Shown here in pieces: positions 1-13,484 of a stretch of DNA of 64,000 nucleotides. Source of the stretch: Neovahlkampfia damariscottae. Taxonomy: Eukaryota. The position numbers and the translations under genes were made by a program. The stretch spans positions 1-64,000 of the forward strand of contig JABLTG010000020.1 of assembly GCA_016618085.1 (NCBI GenBank), written 5' to 3'. Numbering within the stretch: the first letter of the stretch is position 1; each line of letters starts with the position of its first letter. The notes below the pieces were generated by a model. That model was not told the DNA's origin. It saw only the letters and a program-made list of their open reading frames with translations, and did no database searches.

Positions 1-145
1 CCAAACCCAAACCCAAACCCAAACCCAAACCCAAACCCAAACCCAAACCCAAACCCAAACCCAAACCCAAACCCCAAACCCAAAACCCAAACCCAAACCC
101 AAACCCCAAACCCAAAACCCAAAACCCAAAACCCAAAACCCAAAC
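1..145. repeat. Telomeric repeat tract (CCCAAA)n, i.e. TTTGGG on the G-rich strand; left chromosome end
   Basis: Perfect CCCAAA hexamers from 1 to ~71, then C4A3 and C3A4 variants; C-rich strand at the 5' end as expected for a left telomere. Confidence 0.95.
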
Positions 146-320
146 CTCAAAACCCCAAAACCTCAAAACCTCAAAACCCAAACTCTCCCAAACTCTAAAT
201 CTAAATCTAAATCTAAATCTAAATCTAAACCCAAATTTAAACCTAAATCTAAATTCAAAACCCAAACTCAAATCCTCAAACTCAAACTCAAACCCAAAAA
301 TCTAAATCCAAAAATCTAGA
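146..320. repeat. Degenerate telomere-variant repeats (CCTCAAAA, CTCAAA, six TCTAAA copies at 194-229)
   Basis: Read directly; progressive decay away from the canonical hexamer. Confidence 0.85.
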
Positions 321-856
321 CTTCTGAAGCTTGTCTGCACTCTATATTTCGACTGTTTATACGAAAGTTAGTTATCAGTTTTTTGTCAAAGAAACTATTA
401 TGGTTCGATTTTCCATTTGGATCATTCAAATTTCTGCAATTTCATTCAAGTCATCTGGATGATTCTTTTTATATGTTTTGAATAAAGTGAATTGTTTAGA
501 ATACTCTGTTTCGGTGTTTGAGTATTTTAGTTCATCAAACTGTTTACATCGAAGGAGTAGTCGGAGAAGGTCAGAAATTGTAGTTCTGTGGGTTTGACAA
601 GAATTGACGGTTCTGATTAGAAAAATTGGAGGTGATATTATGTTTCTTGCTTCTGCTGAATTGGTCTGATCAACGAATCGAAGTCATTTTTTTGATCCAA
701 TCTACTATCTTGTGGAAAAAAGTGATCGATGTGATTCAAATTCAGGATATCAATCCATAATTAAATTGTTGGAATTAGTCAGAATCACCAAAATGAATTA
801 AAAACGTATTTTTAAGTTTCACATGTTTGGAATATTAAAGTCTTATTTTTTATTGA

Positions 857-1724
857 TTATTCTTCATCAGAGAGATCTTTTTCAATTTTAGATTCTTTTT
901 CCATTTTTTTCAATCTTCTTTCTTCAAGTCTTTTCAATTTTTCTTTTCTTTTTTGCATTCTTTCTTCTGATTCTTTCATCTTTTGTGCTTTTTCTTGTTT
1001 GATGTCTTGTTTCAATTGATTTCCGATATCTTCATCCAAACTTTGTAAATATTGGACATCCATTGAATTTTCTTTTTCTTGTTTCAATTTAGCAAAATGT
1101 TCAACACATTGCTTTGTCTTTACTTCAACTAAAAGATTATATTTTTGATACTTTGAAACACATAATACAATTTGATATGTTCCAATTGAATCAATGCTAA
1201 ATTCACTTTCATCATATAAAATATCGTTTAAACTCAATTTAATTGAATATGTTGATGTGATTAAATTTGAAAGTTGTTCTTTTTTGATAGGTTTGACACT
1301 TTCAACATAAGGTTCATGTTCTTTCAATGGTCTTGATGGTTCACTAATAATGGATAAACATGGTTGTTTATCAAATATTTTTTTAATTTCATTTCCTCTT
1401 TTTTTTTCTTCTAAAATTTGTTTTCTTTCATCCTATAAATTATTATTAAAAAGTGAATATTTTACAGTTAAAGATTCACTATGTTTTTCAACATTCTTTT
1501 TTGTAGCATATATCGCAAAACCTTTTGGAAATAATGTATTTCTCATGTATCCTAAAATATTATATTTAGTACTCTATTGATTATTCAAACCTGACTTTAC
1601 TTTAACAATATCGTCTTGTAATAAATTCTCAACATCTTTTTTAACAATAACTGTTCTTAATGATGCATAATTAAATTTTGTTTCATTAATCAAAATGGAA
1701 TTCCTTTTTAAAATATTTTTCATC
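857..1724 (-). CDS. MRPL9: Mitochondrial ribosomal protein bL9m (2 introns), with charged C-terminal extension
   Basis: Splicing joins VKVKSG to YMRNTLFPKGFAIYAT, the L9 N-terminal signature, and then to ORF 857-1327. Confidence 0.8.
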
Positions 1725-1822
1725 ATTCTTTTGTTTTCTCTTTTTTCTTGAAGTTGAGGAAAAGTCACCAATCAAATTAGAGTATGCAAAAAAAATACTT
1801 TATTTTTCTCAAATAAAATGAA

Positions 1823-3415
1823 CTATTTTTCTAAAATTAAAAAATAATTTGATGTTCTTGAATCCATTCTTTTTGATAAATGTGAATGAAATATTCTATT
1901 TATTAATTTATATTTCCATTTATTTTTTAAATATTTTAAGAATTTTAAATCTTCATAAATTACAATATGAGATGGTGGTAATACATTATTATCTTTTAAT
2001 AAATCATTTGTAAATTTAATTTTATTTAAATGAAATGAGTCTGATTCATCCAAATGTGTACTTTCTAAATTATTTGGTGAACAATCTAAAAATCTTAAAA
2101 TGATTAAAATATTATTTATAAATATACTTTAAAGATATATTTTTATGTAAATGAGAATATCCAGGTGTATGATGACATGGTATTAAAAAATAAATATTTT
2201 TAACATTATTTTTATTTCTCAATATATTCATTACATCTAAACTACCTCTTTGATGAATTAAACTAAAATATCCACCTAATAATATTTGTGGTATAAATAT
2301 GAATAAAAAAATAATATATTTAAATGATGATTTAAATAATAATTTATATAATCCATATCCTGAATAAATTATTAAAATTGGTAAAATGGAATAAATAAAT
2401 CTAAATTCTTTATGTTCTGATAAAATAGAATAAATTAAAATGGTTAAAATGGAAATTAATAAATATTGAATATCTTTTAATGATGTCTTATTCATGAAAT
2501 ATATTCCAATAAATAATAATGGTATATATGTAAATAACATGGTTGGTAATCCATTTGAAAAATACCAATGAATTGAATGTGTACCATATACTATATATCA
2601 ATTAAATTATTAAATTATTAAATTTACTATTTGCTTTACCAGATAAATTAAATTTTAAAAAATTAAAAATAATAAAAATGAATCGTTGATAAAATAAAGA
2701 ATCCATTAAAATTGAAAAAGATATAAAAAATATACTATTATAAATAATAAGAATAATCAATTTACAAATTATATATTAATTTTTTAATTAATTTTAATAT
2801 ATCATTGGTATATTTAAATCTAAAAATAAAATAAAATAACCATACAACTGAATTTGTTGGTCTAAATAAACAACTTAATCCAGCAAAATAAATCCAATTT
2901 TCATTCTCTTCAAAATTTAATCCAATAATTGTTAAAGTAGATTCCATTGAATTTGAAAGTGTTCTAACTCCACAATAAAAATTAAACCAATTTAATAAAG
3001 AACAAAGTAAAACTAAATTAGATATTTGTTCATTTTTAAATAATTTAAATGATAATTTATAGGTAAAGTAATCAGTTAAAAATGAAAATATGGATTGAAA
3101 TAACATTGGTACTCTTATCTAAATATTAAATTTAAAAACAAAAATATTACTAATAAATATGAATAATCTAAATGAAATATTTTTAAACATTCAAATATAA
3201 TAAAATATATAAAAGGATAAAATATACCTCTTATTCCTTCTTTCCATTCCCATGTCAAATATCCATATCTTTTTTTATTTTTATTCATTTTTTATTAAAT
3301 ACCCAAAACTCATACGATGAGCAACTTCAAGACTTTGCCAATATTCATCTGGATTAAAATAGGTTTGAACAAGAAAAGAGTTCATTATTCTAAATAGAAA
3401 TACCCAAATGAACAT
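1823..3415 (-). CDS. PIGB: GPI mannosyltransferase 3 (PIG-B/Gpi10), multi-exon
   Basis: [43 protein letters not shown] and FLDCSP motifs. Confidence 0.93.
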
Positions 3416-3501
3416 TATAAATTTGTTTGAAAAAGAAAGTTGAAATAATAAAAACCAATTTGACCAATCAAAAACAACTCTTATTTTGAACAAGTTGAAA
3501 A

Positions 3502-4916
3502 ATGAGAAAACCAATTTTATTTCTTCTTATCTTAATATTTGTTTCAAAAATAAGTAGTAGAATATATGATATTAATTTAAATAATTTTGAATCTGATGCC
3601 ACTGTTCTTTCAACATTTGGATATTCAGCCAATGGATATTTTGAAATAAAAATCAATTCATTTAAATTTCATAATACTAAACCAAATTATAATATAGAAG
3701 AAATGAAAAAGAAAATAGGATTTATTTTAAAACCTGTTGATTCCAATAATTTGGCTGATTTAGAATCACTTTATCGTAAAACACCAAATGATTGTTTTTT
3801 AAATCATTTAAAATCAAACTTTTTTCAAATTGGTGTTACTAATACTACTAAACAAATAATATCAATACCTTCTTCAAAATTTTATGCTCTTTTTTTTTAT
3901 CATTGTGAAAATGTTGGTAAGTCAAATCAAATGAATTAAAAAGAAAGTAAAATTACCTATTTCAATATCTATTCATGTTGAAGAATATAATGTTTATAAT
4001 AATGAAAAATCATATTTATCAGTTGGAGAAGAACCATTAATTTGGATATATTTAATATTTTCATTTTTATTTTCAATTATTTCAATTATTTGGATTATTT
4101 ATTTGTTTAAACATTATAATAATGTATCAAAAATTCATTTGTAATATATATTTATTTTTAAATCAATTATAGATTAATGACATTATTAATTTTATTAAAA
4201 TCATTAACATTATTATTTGAATCTATTAGATTATTTTTTATTGAAAAGAATGGAATAACATATATGTGGAGTATTTTATATTACTTCTTTTCTTTGTAAA
4301 ATATTTAAATTTTAATCTCTTTTTTTTTTTGTTTAGTTTTAAAGGAATTACATTATTTATTGTTATTTTATTATTAGGTTCAGGTTGGTCATTTTTAAAA
4401 CCATATTTAAATGAATGGGAAAAAAGAATACTTTTAACTGTATTTTCATTACAATTAATTTCAAATTTATCTGTTATTTTAATTGATCAAATTGCAGAAG
4501 GTGCAAGTAATTGGTTGTATTATAAATCAATTTTATTATGGATTGATGTTATTTGTTGTTTTTTAGTTTTACCTGTAATTGCGTGGTCAATAAGAAATTT
4601 AAAGAATTCAAAAGATGAAAAATCAGTTTCTGTTGCTGTTAGATTAAATCAATTTCAACAATTTTATTTAATTGTTATTGCATATTTATATTTTACAAGA
4701 GTTGCAATTCAATTTATAAGAGATTCTTTACCACCAAATATTGAATGGATGGTTGAAATATTACGTGAAATGGCTTCTATTGGTCTTTTTATTTTTACTG
4801 GATTTAGATTTAAACCAACATCACCTCAAAAAGAAGAAGAATATCATATTGTTAAAAATATAAGTGATAATGAAAGTGATGATGATATTCAATTACTTGA
4901 TAAAGAAACAATTTAA
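3502..4916 (+). CDS. GPR107/GPR108 (Lung 7TM / GOST) family membrane protein, multi-exon
   Basis: Signal peptide, FGY..NG luminal domain, [47 protein letters not shown]. Confidence 0.85.
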
Positions 4917-4932
4917 AAATTAAAAGATTTTA

Positions 4933-7900
4933 TTAAATACTACCATAACCTCCAATAACATTTGTTGATTCTTTTGAATCAATAGATTCAACATTAACTT
5001 CTACAGGTGTATTTGGTATAATATTATTATTTGATGATGATGATGATGAATCATTTAGATCTAAATCATCATATCCACTTGAAGATCTTTTACCACATGT
5101 TATAAGAAATATAAAACCATCTTTAACTAAAATTGGAATATCTTTCCAAAATGTGATATGTGGTATCATTTCAATTCCATTTGAATTATAAATGAGTTTT
5201 TTAATAATCATTCCTAAAATTAAATAAAGACAAATACTAATAGAAATACTATTAAAAGAATTATTAAATTTGATTTAAATTTTACATTGTAATTATAAAT
5301 GATCCAAATGAAACTGCAGTTCCAATACCAAAAAATCTTGGAACACCAGAATGAACATCAAAAGAAACAGGTGTATAAGAAGTTCCTTCACGACCAAATT
5401 TATCTTTAACAATTACATTCACTTTATGTGCAACATTACTATAAAGTTCAATTTCAAAACTAACAGCTTGTTTTCTTGTAATTGTTTTTTTTTGATAACT
5501 TGTAATATCATTAACATTTCTAATACCACAAACTGTTTCCATATTTGCAGTTTTAGCAGATGGTGAATTGATATCTAATCCAAGTACTTCAAATTCTAGA
5601 GGATACGCATCTGATTCAACAGTACTAATATCAATAGAAACAATATCTCTATGTGGTTTTCCATTTGATGGTTCTAAATGTTTTATAAAATGTGATTTTA
5701 AAACTTTAATCATTGGACGTGTATCTTTTCCTGAAACACTTGAAAATACTGAATAAATATCAGCAACATCACCTCTACGTGTATTAAAAGATAATGAAAT
5801 TCTTTTGTTTTTAAATTGATCACCATTAATTTCAATTGCATTAATAAATCTACTTTTTCTATTTGATATAAATTGTGTTTGTGATCTTCTAATTGGAAAT
5901 GTTGCATTATCAAATGTTGTACCTGAAATAAATCCTCTCATATCTTGATTTGTACAACTCTCAAGATACATATGAAATCCATTTGAATGTTTAAAATTAC
6001 CAATAATATAATATGCATCTTTTAGAATATCATATTCACCTTGTGCATGTAATGATGTAATTTCTTGTGTTAAAAAATGTGGGGTATCTGTTTGTGAAAT
6101 TAATATTTCATAATTATGATATTTATCATCATTATAAAAACATCCTTCAACTGCAACATAAATCCAATTTTTATCTTTATCTAAATCTGCTTTTGGTATT
6201 CCAATAAATACTTGATTTTGTAAATATCCTGGTACTGATTGTCTTTGCCATTTTGCATCTCTTGGATTTAATTTATTAAATTCTTGTGAAACATAAACTT
6301 TAATACATGATTCTTTATCATATACTTTAACATTAAAAAATATATTCTTTTCAGTATCAATTTCAGAAACATATGTATTTCTTAATAAATTAGTTGTACT
6401 ACTTAAAGAAGTTGATCCTGATTGTGGTATACCAATATCTAATGTTGAATATTCAGTTTGTGCTCCAATAAAATAATCAGAATCTTTTGTACCATAAATA
6501 GATGCTGTCCAAAATCCAGGTGTAAAATATGTATCATTTCTAACTAATGCAATTACATTAGCAGGAAATGTTGTTGATTTAATTGTATAATTTGTTCTTG
6601 TTGGTGCAATTCTACCTCTTGAAAGATATAATTCTGTTTCACCATCAATTAAAGTTGTAGATATCATAACTTTATTTTCATATCTTGGAATCATAAAACG
6701 ATAGATTTTTCTTTCACCTTCTTTTACATCATCTGGAAATGGTCTCATTCCTAAATCAAGTGATTCAAAATCTGAAGTTATTTTAACACCAAATGTAAAA
6801 TTTCCACTTCTTGATTTAACAGAAATGAAATAATCAGTATTACTATATGCATCTTCAATTACTACTTGTTTTGGACCAAATATTGGTGATCTAAAATCAT
6901 AATCAATTGATGTTGGATATCTTGAATATCCAATGTACATATCACCTGAACCTCTTATTGGTGTTAAAACAAATCTTAATCTTGATCCATGTCCATTTTT
7001 ATAAACAAAATTCTTATATCTTCCTTGAGTAACAATACCATTTTGATTTCTACCAGGAACTAATTGAATTGGTTGTGATCCAAATGTTGTAACAATTGAA
7101 AAACTTGATCTTGATGTTGATGTTGAACGAATTGCAATAAATAATTTTTTAATTTTCTTTTCAATTAATTCATTTTTTGGAATAATAAGTCCATGTTGCC
7201 AAAAACTTGCCCAAATATAATTATCATTAGAAACATCAGCTTTATCATTTGCAAAGATCATTCCTGAACCAGAATAAAAATGTGTTGATATTTCTAAATC
7301 TTCATTAATTAAAATATGTTCTAAATCAATAACAAATATTTTATAAAAATTTTCAGGTAAACGTCCAAAATAATAAAATGGATTTCCTAAAGTTAATGTA
7401 TTAATAGCTTTGATTTTTTTAAAAGTATATTATCTTACAATTAATTGTATAAGCATTAATTGTATAATTAACTTGATTTGACATTCCTTCAACTCCAATA
7501 TAATACCATCCTTCAACACTTGTATATGGACGAAATCTAATTCTTTCTAAGTTACCAATTGAAACTGATTGAACTTGATATTGATTTTTATCTGGATGTG
7601 TATTGGTTGGATCACTTGATGCATACATATGTAAATTTCCTGAATGAACTGTTGCATCAATGGAAATAGATTCTTCTGTCCATCCATTATAAAATCTATA
7701 CCATGCCATTTCTCCTTTTTTTTGTTGAAATGAAATTGGTTTGCCTGTTAAAATAGTAGAACGAAGTCTAGTTGCTGCTGTAATTATAAATGTGAATTTT
7801 TTATCATCCCAATTTTCAGGCCATCCACTTTTTAAAAATTAAAAATAATTTAAACTTACTTCACTCCAATATAAAATGAACCAACTTTTAATTGTTCTTT

Positions 7901-8916
7901 TGGTATATTAATATGTGCTCTTCCATCAAATCCATATGCTCTCCAAGTACATGTATTATCAATTGATCTTGGTTGTTTTACTGTATTTGAAATACCTAAT
8001 AAAAGTATAAATTTAAAATATATATCTTTACAAAGGTATGGTGTATCACCCCAATTTTGTGGTTTTACTTCAATCCAAAGATCTCCATTTAAAGATGAAA
8101 GATCATATTCAAAATATCTATATCCAAGTGAATAAACTTCTGTTGGTGTTGGTATTCCTTCATTCAAAATTTCAGGTGCTAAAAAATTTAGAAAAATTAA
8201 AAATAGAAACCATTTGAAGTAGTAACAGCAATTTGAAATATTGAATCTCTTGTTGTATGTCCATAAACTGAAAAATAATAAAAAACATTTTCACCAAAAA
8301 CAAAATCTTTGTCACTACTTAATATTGTGTACACATTTGAACCAAAACTATAATCTGTCCATTTATGTTTTGAAGGTGTTGGATTTGGTTCAGTATCAAT
8401 ATAAACTGTACTCCATCCTAAAAGATTTGTCATTCCAATACTAAAAGTGCTATTTTGTTTTAAATTGAATTTAAACTTTGTAAATTCTCCACTTTTTGAT
8501 TCTGCAATTTGTGGTTCACCATCATGTAAATCAATTTCTTCACCATCCGAAATATATGCTAATACTTTAAATTTTGTATCCCAGATACCAAAAAGACTAA
8601 TGAAATAATTTCCAGTTTTATAATTTGGATCTGATTTTTTTACAATAATAAAATTTGGTCCAGTATGATTTGAATTCCAATGATAATGTTCTTTTGTTGC
8701 GTTTCTTTCTGATGACACAAATAAATGAGCATCTCCTGATAATGGAAACATGACAACTACAAGTTTATTTTTATCTGTCAATTCAGGGATGGTAGGAAGA
8801 TAAAACTGTGTGTATCCACCTCCATTCACAGAACCATGTTCGTGATAAGATAATTTTAAATTATTTGCAGAAATGAGTGTGATGAAAATACAAACCAGTA
8901 AAAGTTGCAACTTCAT
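4933..8916 (-). CDS. Large type I membrane protein: signal peptide, tandem PPC-like beta-sandwich repeats, TM, M6PR/ATG27-like cytoplasmic tail
   Basis: ORFs 8197-8916, 7856-8167, 7419-7709, 5282-7261 and 4933-5211 are separated by short GT-AG introns; repeated G(D/N/E)xxLY/F...P...Y..S motif; tail GIEMIPHITFWKDIPILVKDG...GGYGSI. Confidence 0.75.
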
Positions 8917-9064
8917 CTTTTTTTAGAAACGAATTGATTGGTCGATTATTCTTCCAAATAACATAAATTCTAATTATAACCTCTTTCGATTTTGAAACAT
9001 ATAATTTGAAGATATCGGAAAAACTTAAATTGTCGGAAAAATGGAAAAAATTTGGCGAATCAAA

Positions 9065-10906
9065 ATGAAATTCTCACTTTTTCTTTTTGCCTTATTGTTC
9101 ACATTCGTTTTTTCAAAGCCAAATATTGTACTTATTGTTATTGATGACCTTGGATATGGAGATCTCGGTGCATATGGAAATACAACAGTTCCAACACCAA
9201 ACATTGATAAAATGGCAAAAGAAGGGATAAAGTTCAATCAAATGCTTGCAGCTGAAAGTATTTGTACACCTTCAAGATCTTCAATGTTAACTGGGAGATA
9301 TCCTTTCAGATCTGGTATGGCTTCAATGACAGATGCTTTCAGAACTCTTAACAGTCCTGCTCAACCAGGTGGTTTACCTCAATCTGAACTTTCCATTGCT
9401 AAATTATTAAAAAAAGAGGGTTATAAAACAGCAGCAATTGGGTTTTACTTTTTTTTTCATATTCTAATATTTATTGATAAAGTAAGTGGCATTTAGGTAT
9501 TGGAAAAGATAATGAACATTTACCAACAAGTCATGGATTTGATTATTTTTATGGATTACCTGTTACTAATGTACAAACATGTGCTGGAAAACCAATATAT
9601 TCAACTGTTGGTGGTCATGGAAAAATATTAGGAAGTCAAAATATTTTTGAATGGTTTTTTAAAAGATATCTTCCAATTTGGACTTTAATATTCATTTCAC
9701 CTTTTACTTTATATTTTTTAAATATTTTAAGTACAAGAAAAACCATACAACTTTATATGATGATTGTAAATTAATTTATTTAACATTTATTATTATAGAT
9801 ATTAATATTTTTATTTTCTGTTTATTATGCTAGATTATTTACATTATTAAATCCTTCAAGTTGTTTACTTTATAAAAATGAAGAAATTATTCAACAACCA
9901 GTTAAACTTCAAAATTTAACAATTCAAAATTTAAATGAAGCAAAGAATTTTTTAAAGAATTCAAAAGATGATCCATTTTTCTTATATTTTGCAATGGTTA
10001 AAGTTCATACTGCTTTATTTACATCTCCAAAGTTTGAAAATTATTCTGGAAAGGGAGCATATATTGATAATATTATTGAAATGGGTACTACTCATATATT
10101 TATTAATTATTAAATTAGATTATGCAATTGGGAAATTAATGAATTATATTAAAGAATTAAAAAAAGATGAAAATACTTTATTCATTTTTACATCAGATAA
10201 TGGTCCATTTGTTATTAGAGGTATTGAAGCAGGATCTTGTGGATATGTTAAAAATAAAGAAGGAAAGTTAATGGGACCATTATCAGGAGCAAAAGGAGAT
10301 CAATTTGAATGTGGAATTAGAGTACCAGGTATTATGAGATGGAAAGGAAAATTGAAAGAAGGTATTATAAATGATAAAACATTTTCACATCTTGATTTTT
10401 ATCCAACAATTGCAAAAGTAGCAAATGCAAAAATACCATCAAGTATTCATTTAGATGGAAAAGAAATGTTATCAACTATAGAAAAAGGAAATATTGATAA
10501 TCATGAATATTTAATGCATTATTGTGGTTCAAATTTAGTGGCTGCAAGATATAAAAATTATAAAGTACATTTTGAAACACCAATATATGATAAAGGTGAA
10601 TTTAATTCATGTCCTTCATCATTAATTTGTTCATGTTCAGGAATAAAAAGAAATCCACCTTTAGTTTTTGATTTAGATATTGATCCAGTTGAAAAACAAC
10701 CATTAAAATATGATGATATAACAAAAGATATTATATCAAAGGTTAATGAAGAAATTAAAAGACATAAACAAACTATTATTCCAGTTGAAAATCAATTGAA
10801 TCATTTACCAATTCCATATTTATTTCCATGTTGTGAAAAAGGAAAAAAATTAACACCATTCGAAAAATATATGAAAATATTTACAAATTCGTGTGGATGT
10901 GAATAA
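9065..10906 (+). CDS. Arylsulfatase, steryl-sulfatase-like, multi-exon
   Basis: PNIVLIVIDDLGYGD, CTPSR formylglycine motif, GKWHLG after splicing, FTSDNG, GIRVPG; hydrophobic hairpin at ~9640-9850. Confidence 0.92.
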
Positions 10907-10949
10907 ATTTTTATTTTTAAAAAAAATCAAATTTTTTGTCCAATCAAAA

Positions 10950-12947
10950 ATGAACAAAAAATATAACAACTTCATTCAACATAACGAAAAAACAGATGTG
11001 TATTCAAGTAAAGGAGGTTCTAAGAGTATGTCAGAAGAATGTACACTTCAATTAGATTTTAAACCAGTCATGTACTTTGAAGTCTCATTTATTTCTCTCT
11101 CCCAAAATGCTTCAATTGGATTTGCCCCATCAAAACCAAATTGGAAATCACAAGAATTTTGTGGTAAAACAGATGGATCCATTGGATATTTTAAAAATGG
11201 TCAAGTTTTTGATGATTTCAAAACTTCTTCTGCCACAATTGAATCATTTAATAGTAATGATACCATTGGTGCATACTGGAACACAAACTCAAATGAAATT
11301 TGGTTTACAAGAAATGGAAAAAAGTTATATAGTGCAGGTACAAATTTTATTGGAGCAAGAAGTGTTAATTTATCTGGTAAACTTTTACCAACAGGTTTGT
11401 TTAAATGAATATTTAATAATAAGTTACAATTACACATAGTTCAAGTGATTCATTTAAAGTTAATTATGGTGAAACACCTTTCAAATTTGATATTTCAAAA
11501 GAAGTACCTGAATTTAAAATTGAAGGTTTAAAAGAACTTGAAACATCAGATGAAGAAGATGTTTCAATGGATCTTTCAAGTTTTATTAATAATAAAGAAT
11601 CATCTGATATTCTTTTTGAAACTTGTGATAAAAAACATATTTTTGGTCATAAAATTATATTAATTTCAAGAAGTGAAATATTTAATGAAATACTTTTAAA
11701 ATCAAATGTAACTAAACTTGAAATACCATATGATTATAATATTGTTATAAAATGTATTGAATATTTATATACTGGAAAAACAATATTAACAAAAGATAAT
11801 TGGGAAATGGTTTTAAAATGTAGTGATAAATATGGTATTGTAGGTCTTAGAAAAATGTGTTTTGAATTTATTGTTAAATCATTAAATAAAAACTCTGTAC
11901 TTGAATATATGAGAAAAGCACAAAATAATGGTAAATATTAAAAATATTAATGTTGTAGAATTTGATTTTGATGCAACTGATTTATTAGAACGTTGTGTTA
12001 AATTTGTTGAAAAGAAAGCATATGAAATTATTCAAACACCTGAATTTTTAGGATTATCTGAAGATATTATTATAATGATGTTAAAAAATACAAATACATG
12101 TGCAGATGAATATGATTTATTTAAATCATGTATTAAATGGGCAGAAAATAAAAAAAAGAAAGGTGATGAAAGAGAAATAAATGAAATATTAAAAAATATT
12201 TCACTTTATATTCGTTATCCTCAATTAAGTGCAAATGAATTAGTTAAAAAAGTTAAACCAACAAAAATATGTCCACCTTCACTTTATAAAGAAGCATTAG
12301 AATATATTGTTGGTCCAGAATATACAAAACCGGATATATTAAAACAATTACAATTTGAAGCAGTAAACTATTATATAAAATTCATATTTTTAAAGAGATA
12401 TTCATCATTTTCAGGAACAACTATTCTTGATGCAAAACAATCATTACTTCTTCAAAGATGGTTACCACTTTCAAAAAAAGGATGGAAATGTGTTTATAAA
12501 GCAACAAAAGATGGTTTTGCATCTTCAACTTTTAGAAGTAAATGTAATGGAATCAAAAATACAGTAGTGGTTATTCAAAGTACAAATGGTAATATTTTTG
12601 GTGGTTTTGCACCAATTGCTTGGTCAAATACAGGTAGTTATACTCATGATAGAACTTCTTTTTTATTTTCACTTAAAAATCAAGATAATAAACCATGTAA
12701 AATTGATAACTATGGTACAAATGCAAATTCAACTTATAATAACTCATCTTATGGTCCAACATTTGGAGGTGGTCATGATTTATATGTTGTAAACAATTCA
12801 AATACAACAAACTCAAGTTATTCAAATCTTGGATATTCATATCGTTATGTTGGTGGTACATATGGTTCAACTCAAGCAAAGAACTTTTTAGCTGGAAGTT
12901 ATAACTTTAAAACAACAGAAATTGAAGTTTTTAAAATGGTTGAATAA
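10950..12947 (+). CDS. SPRY-BTB/POZ-BACK-TLDc multidomain protein, multi-exon
   Basis: YFEV...IGF...DTIG...IWFTRNG (SPRY); SDILF..GHKIILISRS (BTB); IRYPQL (BACK); YKATKDGF..FGGF..GPTFGGGHDL..EIEVF (TLDc). Confidence 0.85.
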
Positions 12948-12987
12948 ATTCATAGTAAACTTAAAAATTATTAGAATAGAAAATAAA

Positions 12988-13425
12988 TTAATTTATTTTT
13001 TTAATTTCAACTTCAAATATTAAAGTTGCTTTTCCTGGTATCTTTGGTGGTGAACCATGATCACCGTATCCTAAATCACTTGGAATTACTAATTTTCTTT
13101 TTTCTCCAACACAAGCACCTAACATTCTAAAAAGTTGTTAAAATACATATTTCACTTGTTTTTACCCTAATTCCCATCCTTTAATAACTTGACCTTCACC
13201 TAATTTAAATGTAAATGGATCATTTCTATCATAAGAAGAATCAAATTTTGTTCCGTCTGTTAAAGTACCCTTGTAATGAACTGAAATCATATCACCATCA
13301 GCTGTTTTAACATCACAATTTTCAGGTCTAAATTTGATTCCAACTTGTAATCTTCCTGTGTCATATTTAGTTTTACAAGAAATTAAAACAAAAAATAAGC
13401 ATAAACAAAAAAGTATTTTCATCAT
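12988..13425 (-). CDS. FKBP2: Secretory-pathway FKBP peptidyl-prolyl isomerase (FKBP2/FKBP15-like), 1 intron
   Basis: Signal peptide, [52 protein letters not shown]. Confidence 0.88.
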
Positions 13426-13484
13426 TTTTGTTGTTTGATTAAATTGTCCAATAAAAATCATTGATAAAAATAAAAATCTTAAAT

